DNA from: Fimbriimonadia bacterium
GTDB lineage: Bacteria; Armatimonadota; Fimbriimonadia; Fimbriimonadales; JABRVX01
Assembly: GCA_041483895.1 (NCBI GenBank)
Contig: JBGPGO010000012.1
Coordinates: 1-64,000 of the forward strand
DNA: 64,000 nt
Direction of reading: 5' to 3'
In this document: piece after piece, positions 31,307-39,014 of the stretch
Layout of the letters: each line of letters starts with the position of its first letter
Position numbering within the stretch: the stretch's first letter is position 1
Notes under the pieces: model-generated
The model's database searches: none
The model's input: the letters and a program-made list of their open reading frames with translations, nothing else
What the model was told of the DNA's origin: nothing
Position numbers and translations under genes: made by a program

Positions 31307-31996
31307 TTATGGCCCCCTCGGTGCTTGAGATTGGTTCTTTCCCGGCCTTCTCCCGGTTAGGCCTCCGAATCCGGGAACAAAGGCGGGCACACGCTTGGCA
31401 TAATCGTCATACTCTTTACCGAATTCCGCGCGAACTTCGGTCTCCTCGCGCCGCGCCAGCCGGAGGTACATGGTCACCAGGACCGGGAACATCAGTACTG
31501 TGATGATCGTTGGCCATTGAAGAAGGAAACCAAGCATGACCAGGATAAAACCAATGTACTGCGGGTGTCGGACTACAGCGTACGACCCCGTGGTGGCCAA
31601 CCGATGTTGCCTCTGCGCCTTAAAGAGTACGCTCCACGCGCTGGCAACGATCCAAAAGCCGGCGACTATGAAGATGTTGCTCAATATGTGAAATGGAGCC
31701 ATGTGCGGATCGCCTTTCCACCCGAGCAGCGAATACCAGAGATGACCCATATCATGAGAATACAAGTTTCTGCCCGGGAACTTCGATTGCAGCCATGGAG
31801 CGAGGAAGTAGATCGTAAGTGGAAAGCCGTACATTTCCGTGAAGAGCGCGACGATGAAGGCCGCAAACGCGCCAAAGGATCGCCAGTCGCGGTTTGTCTT
31901 CGGATGAGAGAAACTGAACGCAAACATGAGGAAGATGGCGCTGTTTATGATGACCAATGGCCAGAGGCCATACGCGGGAGCTGAGCTATGATCCAT
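31307..31996 (-). CDS. isoprenylcysteine carboxylmethyltransferase-family membrane protein
   Basis: EMYGFPLT, VRHPQY, EE...FG.EY motifs. Confidence 0.88.
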   Translation of the reverse strand: MDHSSAPAYGLWPLVIINSAIFLMFAFSFSHPKTNRDWRSFGAFAAFIVALFTEMYGFPLTIYFLAPWLQSKFPGRNLYSHDMGHLWYSLLGWKGDPHMAPFHILSNIFIVAGFWIVASAWSVLFKAQRQHRLATTGSYAVVRHPQYIGFILVMLGFLLQWPTIITVLMFPVLVTMYLRLARREETEVRAEFGKEYDDYAKRVPAFVPGFGGLTGRRPGKNQSQAPRGP

Positions 31997-32240
31997 GATT
32001 GTGCTCCTCTTGAGTATCGTCCGTCGTCGAACTATGTTGGTCCCCCGAATCTCCTTTATGTCCTCCATGCCCACGATGCATGAAAATATGAAGAAGTGGA
32101 CAGATCAAGAAGATTGCGTACGGCAGGACGCCGAAGAAGTGCGCAGTATGCTCGGTTACGAGGAAAAAAAGAAGCGCGGCGAGGAGCATGATTGCGCAGA
32201 ATCCCGGCCACGTGCGCCAGAAGCTCAGAGTATTGTTCAT
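31986..32240 (-). CDS. DUF2933 membrane protein
   Basis: EHxxH, CPLLHIFMHRGHGGH. Confidence 0.88.
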   Translation of the reverse strand: MNNTLSFWRTWPGFCAIMLLAALLFFLVTEHTAHFFGVLPYAIFLICPLLHIFMHRGHGGHKGDSGDQHSSTTDDTQEEHNHGS

Positions 32241-32524
32241 GATGTCTCCCTGCCTCGAACCGAGGCGTTGTAGATCGTGCCCAAGAGCCAGCCGAATATC
32301 CACACATATGCACTAATGGAGACCCAGCCAAGTGCAAAGCGGCCGAATTCGAACGACTGATTCTGCGCAGGGATCAGGGGGGTCAGGTCCAGAACGTGGA
32401 CGAACGACCAGGCGAGCGAAACGACAAGGTCAGTCGCCGTGTAAGCGAAGATAGCGCAGATCGCGAAGAGAATCGCGATCGCTCCTCCAAGAGCATTGCC
32501 TATCGCAGTGGGGTGCAACTTCAT
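32237..32524 (-). CDS. DUF5676-like membrane protein
   Basis: C in TM1, FVH, C-terminal YN; copper-cluster context. Confidence 0.75.
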   Translation of the reverse strand: MKLHPTAIGNALGGAIAILFAICAIFAYTATDLVVSLAWSFVHVLDLTPLIPAQNQSFEFGRFALGWVSISAYVWIFGWLLGTIYNASVRGRETS

Positions 32525-32621
32525 TTGAGTTTCCTCGTTGGCCGGATTGATGGCTCCTCCCAGGCCAAATCGTCGATCGGTTAAAGCTGGTTTCATGACG
32601 CTCCCTAACCCAGTTCCTCCA

Positions 32622-33389
32622 CTACCATTTGAGTTCCAATTGCACGATGAACTCCGATCCGAAATCCTTGCGAGCACTGATCGGCGTCTCGTAGGCGACA
32701 CCAACAATTGCGTTCTTGCTTACCTTCACTTTCGGTCCGAATAATGCGTTCAGGGTCGGCATCTCGCCTTTGGCCGCCATGCCTAACAGTTCAACGACCG
32801 GATAGAAGCCCTTGGAGTGCTCACAGACATAAGCGATGCTTCCTTCCAGCATCTTTTCCTTAGGGTCGTAGTGAATGACCTGGTTGATGGCGGCGCGCTT
32901 CATCGTTAGCGTTGACGAGAAGCCGTAGAGCGTCTTGATTCCGCTTCCCGCTTGGCGGGTGGGAAACTCGAATTCGATCAACGGCGCGATGCCGCTCATT
33001 CCGTCTTTGCTGCGAATCAGCGCGTATTGGAACATAGCCTCGGTAAAGGGGTCGGTGGTAAAAGCATCGCTTCGCAAATGGAATCCGATGAGCTTCGTGA
33101 GCCCGGTTTCGTAATGAAATGCAAAATCCCCGCGTGACCTCCCGTCCGCGCTCGTGGTCAAACCTGAAAGCCGGAGACTGTTCGTCCCGACGGCTTCTGG
33201 CATCCCCATGTGCGTGAAAAACGGGTGAGCCACTTCTTCATCTTCGCCCATGCCCATCGAACCTTGCGGCATGGTTTGGTGGTCTTGTTCTTGCAGACTC
33301 ATTCTCGCGGCGGGCGAAGCTGAGCCCGAGGCAAATCCGGTGGCTGTCACGAGCAGCAAAGACCATAGTAATGGTTGTTGTAGTTTCAT
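32622..33389 (-). CDS. exported, probably outer-membrane beta-barrel protein with Met/His-rich N-terminus
   Basis: Signal peptide, HPFFTHMGMPE, amphipathic strands, terminal W. Confidence 0.7.
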   Translation of the reverse strand: MKLQQPLLWSLLLVTATGFASGSASPAARMSLQEQDHQTMPQGSMGMGEDEEVAHPFFTHMGMPEAVGTNSLRLSGLTTSADGRSRGDFAFHYETGLTKLIGFHLRSDAFTTDPFTEAMFQYALIRSKDGMSGIAPLIEFEFPTRQAGSGIKTLYGFSSTLTMKRAAINQVIHYDPKEKMLEGSIAYVCEHSKGFYPVVELLGMAAKGEMPTLNALFGPKVKVSKNAIVGVAYETPISARKDFGSEFIVQLELKW

Positions 33390-33399
33390 TTGGAATCTC

Positions 33400-33516
33400 C
33401 TAACATTGGGGCCGGCGTGGCGAAAGATTGAGAGTATGTACAAACGACTGCGCCAAATAGAACAGAGCCAGCGCTCCGCCTTGGGCATTCGCATATGCAA
33501 CAGGGTCGAGCCCCAT
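33400..33516 (-). pseudogene. deleted remnant of a DUF5676-like paralog
   Basis: GGAGG RBS; MGLDPVAYANAQGGALALFY-LAQSFVHTLNLSP aligns with the 32237-32524 product. Confidence 0.65.
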
Positions 33517-33597
33517 GTTGTCCTCCCGGTGTTCTTGGGGTTGGCCTATGGAGTTTGATTGTTCGACTACATTTCGCCAGGATACTGCTCCGGGTAT

Positions 33598-33888
33598 TCA
33601 TCGCATCAGCCTCGATAGAGTTACCTGCAGCTCTTCCAGAAGATCGTCGGGCGACATGGGCTTCGAGTGTGCGTGTTCGGTGCTTGTGCCGTGGCCGAGA
33701 ATGCAGGTTTTGACGTGACTCGTCGCCAATTCCGCTCCGACTTGGTCCAATGCCGAGCGGACGGCTGCCAGCTGCGTTAGGATGTCCAGGCAGTACTGGT
33801 CCTGAGCTATCATTCGGCGCAGACCACCCACCTGGCCTTCGATTCGAGCTAGTCGGCGGTCAATCGCTTGCTTGGTTTCACTTTCCAC
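33598..33888 (-). CDS. csoR: CsoR/RcnR-family metal-sensing repressor
   Basis: RLARIEGQV, YC, HxxxC motifs. Confidence 0.92.
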   Translation of the reverse strand: MESETKQAIDRRLARIEGQVGGLRRMIAQDQYCLDILTQLAAVRSALDQVGAELATSHVKTCILGHGTSTEHAHSKPMSPDDLLEELQVTLSRLMR

Positions 33889-33894
33889 ATCGCC

Positions 33895-33913
33895 ATTATA
33901 CCCTATGGGGTAT
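33895..33913 (-). promoter_or_regulatory. CsoR-type operator overlapping the -10 box
   Basis: ATACCCTATGGGGTAT (33898-33913); TATAAT on the minus strand 6 nt before GTG. Confidence 0.8.
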
Positions 33914-35292
33914 CAGGCCGGGAAAAATCGTGGCAGAAGGTCCCGATTGGCCTCCAACAGCTCGTCCGCCAACCTCGGGATCTCACGAAATTCGACCATG
34001 TGGGTATGGTGATCGAGGTAGAGGGCATCGAGCAGCTTGCGGCGATTCCCCTCTAAAGCGGCCTGGACGGCCAGCTCTTGCACCTCCACGTGGGAGCGGC
34101 AGATGCCGGCGATCGGCTGGGGGAGCGGACCGGCGGCCTCATATCCAAACCCATCCGCCGTCAGCGTTGAAATCGATTCCACGACCACTTCACTCGGGAG
34201 CTCTGCGATCTGTCCGCGGTTCGGCACGTTCATCACGAACCGTTCCTTCCCCTTGGTGAGGACCGTCTCGATGATATCTGTCGCCTGTTCCGAACTGCGC
34301 CGCCACGGGATATCCTCTTCGCCGCTGACCCATCGTTGGACGCGTTCCGTGGCTTTCTTCTTCAGTTCATAGCGTTCCCGCATCGTGGTCTTCCGAATGC
34401 CGTAATCCATCGCGTACCGATTCGCTTGGCTGCACATGCTCGGCATGAATTCGACGAGATGGCGATCGCCGGCCATGGGAAGGGAGCCAAACGCCTTGCA
34501 CAGGGCGAGCTTGGCCTCCTTGTTGTTGGACCAACTGCTGGCAAAGTTGCCGGCCGCGGGATCGCCACCCTTGAACCACGCTTCGTGACTTTCCGCGAAT
34601 GCCCTCAGTTCCGGGTACCTGTCTTTGCCGCCGGTGAAAATGCGTGTAAGCCAGATAAAGTGATTGAGGCCGGCAACCTGCAGATCGAAGTCGCGCATCA
34701 GATAGTCCTGCCCGCGCTTTCCTTCCGGCCACGGCACGCCGAGGATGTCGCCGACGAATCCGATCTGCCCTTCCAGTTCATGGCACAGCCCAACCACCTT
34801 GCAATTGGGCGCTCCCAGGTTGATTGCCCGAGTGACACAGGTCAGCGGGTTAACGACATTGATGATCCAGCTTCCGGGCGCATGCTTTGACACGGCCTGA
34901 CCGACCTCGTGGGCGACCGAGCAGGTCCGGAGAGCCGCCGAAATCCCGCACGGTCCTGCCGTCATAGAGACGGGCTGCCGGACGCCGTAGGGAATCGGCA
35001 CTTCGAGGTCCCAATAGAAGGCATCGAGCGAACCCGGCGAGAAGGTGCAAAGCGTGAAATCCGCCCCGGAAACACACTCGTCCAGTGAATGTACCGGGAT
35101 GAATTTGAACTCCTTGCCGGATAGCCGATTGTATGGGCCTTCCAGGGACGCGATGAGCCGAAGCGCGGCGTCATCAGGATCGAGCAGGCGTATCTCGCCG
35201 CCCTCCAACGCATCGATATGATAAACATCCCGTATTAGTCCGGGGCACCAGTTGACGCTGCCTCCGCCCACGATACCAATGACCGTTTTCAT
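33913..35292 (-). CDS. GH4 NAD-dependent glycoside hydrolase
   Basis: GGGS, NP, GLCH and GLNHF motifs. Confidence 0.9.
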   Translation of the reverse strand: MKTVIGIVGGGSVNWCPGLIRDVYHIDALEGGEIRLLDPDDAALRLIASLEGPYNRLSGKEFKFIPVHSLDECVSGADFTLCTFSPGSLDAFYWDLEVPIPYGVRQPVSMTAGPCGISAALRTCSVAHEVGQAVSKHAPGSWIINVVNPLTCVTRAINLGAPNCKVVGLCHELEGQIGFVGDILGVPWPEGKRGQDYLMRDFDLQVAGLNHFIWLTRIFTGGKDRYPELRAFAESHEAWFKGGDPAAGNFASSWSNNKEAKLALCKAFGSLPMAGDRHLVEFMPSMCSQANRYAMDYGIRKTTMRERYELKKKATERVQRWVSGEEDIPWRRSSEQATDIIETVLTKGKERFVMNVPNRGQIAELPSEVVVESISTLTADGFGYEAAGPLPQPIAGICRSHVEVQELAVQAALEGNRRKLLDALYLDHHTHMVEFREIPRLADELLEANRDLLPRFFPA

Positions 35293-35403
35293 ACTAGGTC
35301 CTTTTCGCTTGACTTCACGATTTCCTGCACAGATTGTTTCTCATGCCGTGCGCGCGGTATGGAATACCGTACGAAAGTAGGCACTCATGACAGGAGGAAA
35401 CCT

Positions 35404-35949
35404 ATGGTTGCGCTAGCAGTAATGGGGTTGATCGTTACAACCGGAACGACTGTTTCAGGCGCGGTGATCGAGGGCCACACCAAAGTCGCCGGAGCGGTGG
35501 TGTTCATCGAGGGGCTACGCTCTGCGCCGGCGCCGAAGAGCCCGAAAATCGACCAGCGCAACATGAAGTTTGTTCCGAATCTATTGGTCGTGCCATCCGG
35601 AACCACCGTCACTTTCCCTAACAGTGACACAGTGTTTCATAACGTTTTCTCGTTCTACAACAACGACCGTTTCGATCTTGGCATGTATCCAAATGGAACC
35701 AAGAAGACCTGGAAATTCAGCAAGCCCGGAATCTGCGAACTATATTGCAACGTGCATCCGAGCATGAGAGCGCGGATTGTCATTGTAGACAGCACGGTGT
35801 ATGCAACTACCGACAAGAATGGAAGTTTCCAGTTAAAAGACGTGCCTGACGGCGACTATACGCTTGTGGTGATGCACGACAAGACTCCGACTAGACATAA
35901 GCTTTCGGTGAGGGGTGGTAAGTATGCGACGATTAATATTAATCTTTAG
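35404..35949 (+). CDS. exported cupredoxin plus carboxypeptidase-regulatory-like domain protein
   Basis: AGGAGG RBS; HNVFS and CNVHPSM copper-ligand motifs. Confidence 0.82.
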   Translation: MVALAVMGLIVTTGTTVSGAVIEGHTKVAGAVVFIEGLRSAPAPKSPKIDQRNMKFVPNLLVVPSGTTVTFPNSDTVFHNVFSFYNNDRFDLGMYPNGTKKTWKFSKPGICELYCNVHPSMRARIVIVDSTVYATTDKNGSFQLKDVPDGDYTLVVMHDKTPTRHKLSVRGGKYATININL

Positions 35950-36835
35950 CTTTCTCCCACTCATGGCGGTGGGACAAAACTTTCGGCTTCATGCTGAGCA
36001 GTACTTCGATCATGCTCCGGCTCTGTTCGGCGATCGTGTAAAAGATCGTACACGGTGGTACTCCGCCGACTGGCTCCCGATTGATAAGGTCAAGGTGGTC
36101 GGCGGGTTCTTCGAGATGGAAACGCAGCACCGGCAAGTGATCGACGACACATACTTGCAGCTTGGTGACTCCAACATCAACGTCAGCTATGGGCGATTCC
36201 GCCCGGCATTCGGCATCAACTCATGGACAGATTTGTGGTACAGCGGATTGAACCAACTGCCCATGTTCAGGAAGATGCTGCCCATGCCGTCATTGCATCG
36301 CAGCGCCACAGGCGCGCAGGTATCCGGGTCCAAAGGTCCGTTCCAATTGACGGTGGCTTCCTTCGATCGAAGCAGCGAGGATTGGCAGCTTGCTCCGGTC
36401 AGCGTCGACGATTGGGTGACGCGTGTCCAATATTACACTCCGGGCCTGGTGCTTGGGCTGAACAACTATCAGGGCAACAATGGCTCCAGCGTTATCAATC
36501 TGGGCGGCGTGGATGCCATTTGGACTCGCAAGAACTGGCAGGTGCGCGGTGAGTATTTCGGCGGCAAAATATCCGGCGGCCGAAACACAATGTATAACTT
36601 CGAGACGTTCTACCATCCGACAATGCTGCCGCACACGACGTTTGTCGGCCGCGCGGAGGGCCTCCAGACTGGAGGGGGCACAACTTGGGGACAGGCATAT
36701 CGTCTAGGCATCAAGCAGAACCTTGCCAGCTTCGCGGCCGTGTATATCAATTACGGTTTCAGCAACGATAATGCTTTGGCATATATCGCGAATGGCTGGG
36801 ATCTCCAGGTTGTCCTCTTTGGCATTGGTCCCTAA
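35924..36835 (+). CDS. putative outer-membrane beta-barrel protein
   Basis: Signal peptide, GRF..AFG, alternating aromatic strands. Confidence 0.6.
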   Translation: MRRLILIFSFLPLMAVGQNFRLHAEQYFDHAPALFGDRVKDRTRWYSADWLPIDKVKVVGGFFEMETQHRQVIDDTYLQLGDSNINVSYGRFRPAFGINSWTDLWYSGLNQLPMFRKMLPMPSLHRSATGAQVSGSKGPFQLTVASFDRSSEDWQLAPVSVDDWVTRVQYYTPGLVLGLNNYQGNNGSSVINLGGVDAIWTRKNWQVRGEYFGGKISGGRNTMYNFETFYHPTMLPHTTFVGRAEGLQTGGGTTWGQAYRLGIKQNLASFAAVYINYGFSNDNALAYIANGWDLQVVLFGIGP

Positions 36836-38969
36836 GCTGCAGCTAGGCATCCGGGGCAGGATGATCGCTGTGCTGCTCGGCAGCTTGGCGCTATTCGCCG
36901 TTGTCGTTTTGGTATTTGGAGACGCGATCACCGGGCCGGTTGTGCGTCGCCAATTGACATTTTCTACTGAGCGCGCGAAGGATTTCGTTGAGCAGTCCAT
37001 TCTGGAACGGGCAGCATTGCAGGAGAGAACTGTTCGGGCGCTGGCCAATCAGTCCGTCCTTCGAGCGGCGATGAGCAGCAACGATCCAGGCACGATTGCA
37101 CAGGCATTCGGAACGGAAACAAATCGGTTTGGCATTACCGAATTCGAGATCCGCGATGCAACCGGACGTTTGATTGGCGGCAACGGGCCCGAAATCCCGG
37201 TCACAGCGCCAACTGTATCCCAGAATCACAGTTGTTCGATGATTGAAAAGTTCGACGGAAAGTACTTCCTGAGCGCGTTTGTGTGGGTATATGACTATGA
37301 TTCCGGTTCGGTTTTTGCCGACGAGCATGCGAAGGAATCCATTGTTGGAAGCATCCGCATTCGTACGCCGTTGGATCAAGGTTGGTCCGATTCGCTCAAT
37401 CGAGCGACGAACTCCGAAGTAGCGTTTGTCTGGAACGATTCCGTAATTGCCCGGACAGCCGGCATAACGATGTCCGATGCTCTCTACCTTTCGCACCATC
37501 ACACGGCCGGCGCAACGGAGTCTCGTGTCCACGGCGCGGATTTTCTCTACGCCATAGCCAAGAGTCCGTTTGATCTGCAAGTCTTGATTGCAAGAGACGT
37601 AAATAACGCAATGCCGGGCTGGCGAACCGCGCGCCGAGCTATCGCCTGCGTAGCGTTGGTGGCGATGATTCTTTCCGTCTTCATCGGCATGGCGTTATCC
37701 CGATCGATCACGCAACCACTCAGCATGTTCGTACGCGCGGCAGACGCCGTTCGACACGGAAGCTGGCCGGAGCCATTGCCCAAAAGCGGACCGACCGAAA
37801 TCGAATTCCTTGCTGACACATTTAACGAAATGGTGCAATCGTTGCGGGCGCAAGAGGAAAAGCTGCTTGCGCTTGCCTACGTCGATCCGCTGACGGACCT
37901 GTACAACCATCGCTATTTTCAGGATCGGTTGATCGAAAAAGTTACGTCGGGTTCCTCCTGCGGGCTGATCATGATCGATTGTGACAATTTTCATCGCTAC
38001 AACGAACGCCACGGTCATAAAATGGGTGATGAGGCGCTGGTAAAGATTGCGAACGTGATTGCCCGGCACATCTCCAACGGTGTGGATGCGTGCCGGTATG
38101 GCGGTGAGCAGTTTGCCGTTCTGCTGACGGACTGTCTTCCCGCGCGAGCGCAGGCGGTGGCGGAAGCGATTCGCAGTGGTGTGCAAACAGAGATGAGCGA
38201 CGTCGAATTGACGGTCAGCGCCGGAACAGGGATGTTTCCTGCCGACACCAGCTCGCATCAGGGGCTGCTCATGGCGGCGGAGCTCGCGCTGTTGCACTCC
38301 AAGAACAGCGGCCGCAACTGCGTGACCTCATACAGCGAGGTACCGGCAGCGACCACATTGGAAGACCCCGCCAATCTATACAGCACGTTGCGGAGCGGCG
38401 ACCTTACGACGATCACGGCGTTGGCGGCGGCAGTGGACGCAAAGGACAACTATACGCATGGCCACTCGGCCAACGTGAGCCGGCTCTCGGTGATGCTGGG
38501 GCAGGCGCTTGGGATGGAAAGCCAGGAGCTGGAACGGCTGCGAATGTCCGCGTTGATGCACGACGTCGGCAAGATTGGCGTTCCGGACGCGGTTCTCAAG
38601 AAGGACGGAAAGCTGACCGACGAGGAGTTCGAGCAAATGAAGACCCATACGACAATTGGGCATGCCATCGCGATGCAGGCAAATCTTAACCACCTCGCGG
38701 CCGGGATCCGGAGCCATCACGAGCGATGGGACGGCAAGGGATATCCCGACCGGGCGGCCGGCGACAAGATCCCGTTCATGGCCCGAATCATCGGCTTGGC
38801 GGATTCATTCGACGCGATGACGAGCGATCGCTGCTATCGTAAAGCGCCGGGGATCGATTTCGCGTTGGAGCAGATCGAGAAGGGGATCGGGTTGCAATTC
38901 GACCCCGAATTGGCCCCAGTGTTCATCCAGCTCATTCGGGAACGGGAAGATATTCAACAGGCGGCCTAG
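36825..38969 (+). CDS. membrane sensor with HAMP, GGDEF (GGEQF) and HD-GYP domains
   Basis: Two TMs, DPLTDLYN, RYGGEQF, HDVGK, HHERWDGKGYP; start uncertain. Confidence 0.9.
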   Translation: MVPKLQLGIRGRMIAVLLGSLALFAVVVLVFGDAITGPVVRRQLTFSTERAKDFVEQSILERAALQERTVRALANQSVLRAAMSSNDPGTIAQAFGTETNRFGITEFEIRDATGRLIGGNGPEIPVTAPTVSQNHSCSMIEKFDGKYFLSAFVWVYDYDSGSVFADEHAKESIVGSIRIRTPLDQGWSDSLNRATNSEVAFVWNDSVIARTAGITMSDALYLSHHHTAGATESRVHGADFLYAIAKSPFDLQVLIARDVNNAMPGWRTARRAIACVALVAMILSVFIGMALSRSITQPLSMFVRAADAVRHGSWPEPLPKSGPTEIEFLADTFNEMVQSLRAQEEKLLALAYVDPLTDLYNHRYFQDRLIEKVTSGSSCGLIMIDCDNFHRYNERHGHKMGDEALVKIANVIARHISNGVDACRYGGEQFAVLLTDCLPARAQAVAEAIRSGVQTEMSDVELTVSAGTGMFPADTSSHQGLLMAAELALLHSKNSGRNCVTSYSEVPAATTLEDPANLYSTLRSGDLTTITALAAAVDAKDNYTHGHSANVSRLSVMLGQALGMESQELERLRMSALMHDVGKIGVPDAVLKKDGKLTDEEFEQMKTHTTIGHAIAMQANLNHLAAGIRSHHERWDGKGYPDRAAGDKIPFMARIIGLADSFDAMTSDRCYRKAPGIDFALEQIEKGIGLQFDPELAPVFIQLIREREDIQQAA

Positions 38970-39014
38970 GTCCTCTAACAGCCCCGCTCCGGTACAATAG
39001 GGCGCAACGCACCC

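Noticed and set aside
33386..33601. 71-aa Cys-rich ORF with ATGA overlaps at both ends
   Set aside because: Another frame has a strong RBS and clear DUF5676 similarity, so the Cys motif is probably a shadow. Translation is not fully excluded.
33904..33916. 13-bp identity (TATGGGGTATCAG) with the IS110 end at 115-127
   Set aside because: Many 13-mer matches are expected by chance in 64 kb, and the site is explained by the CsoR operator.
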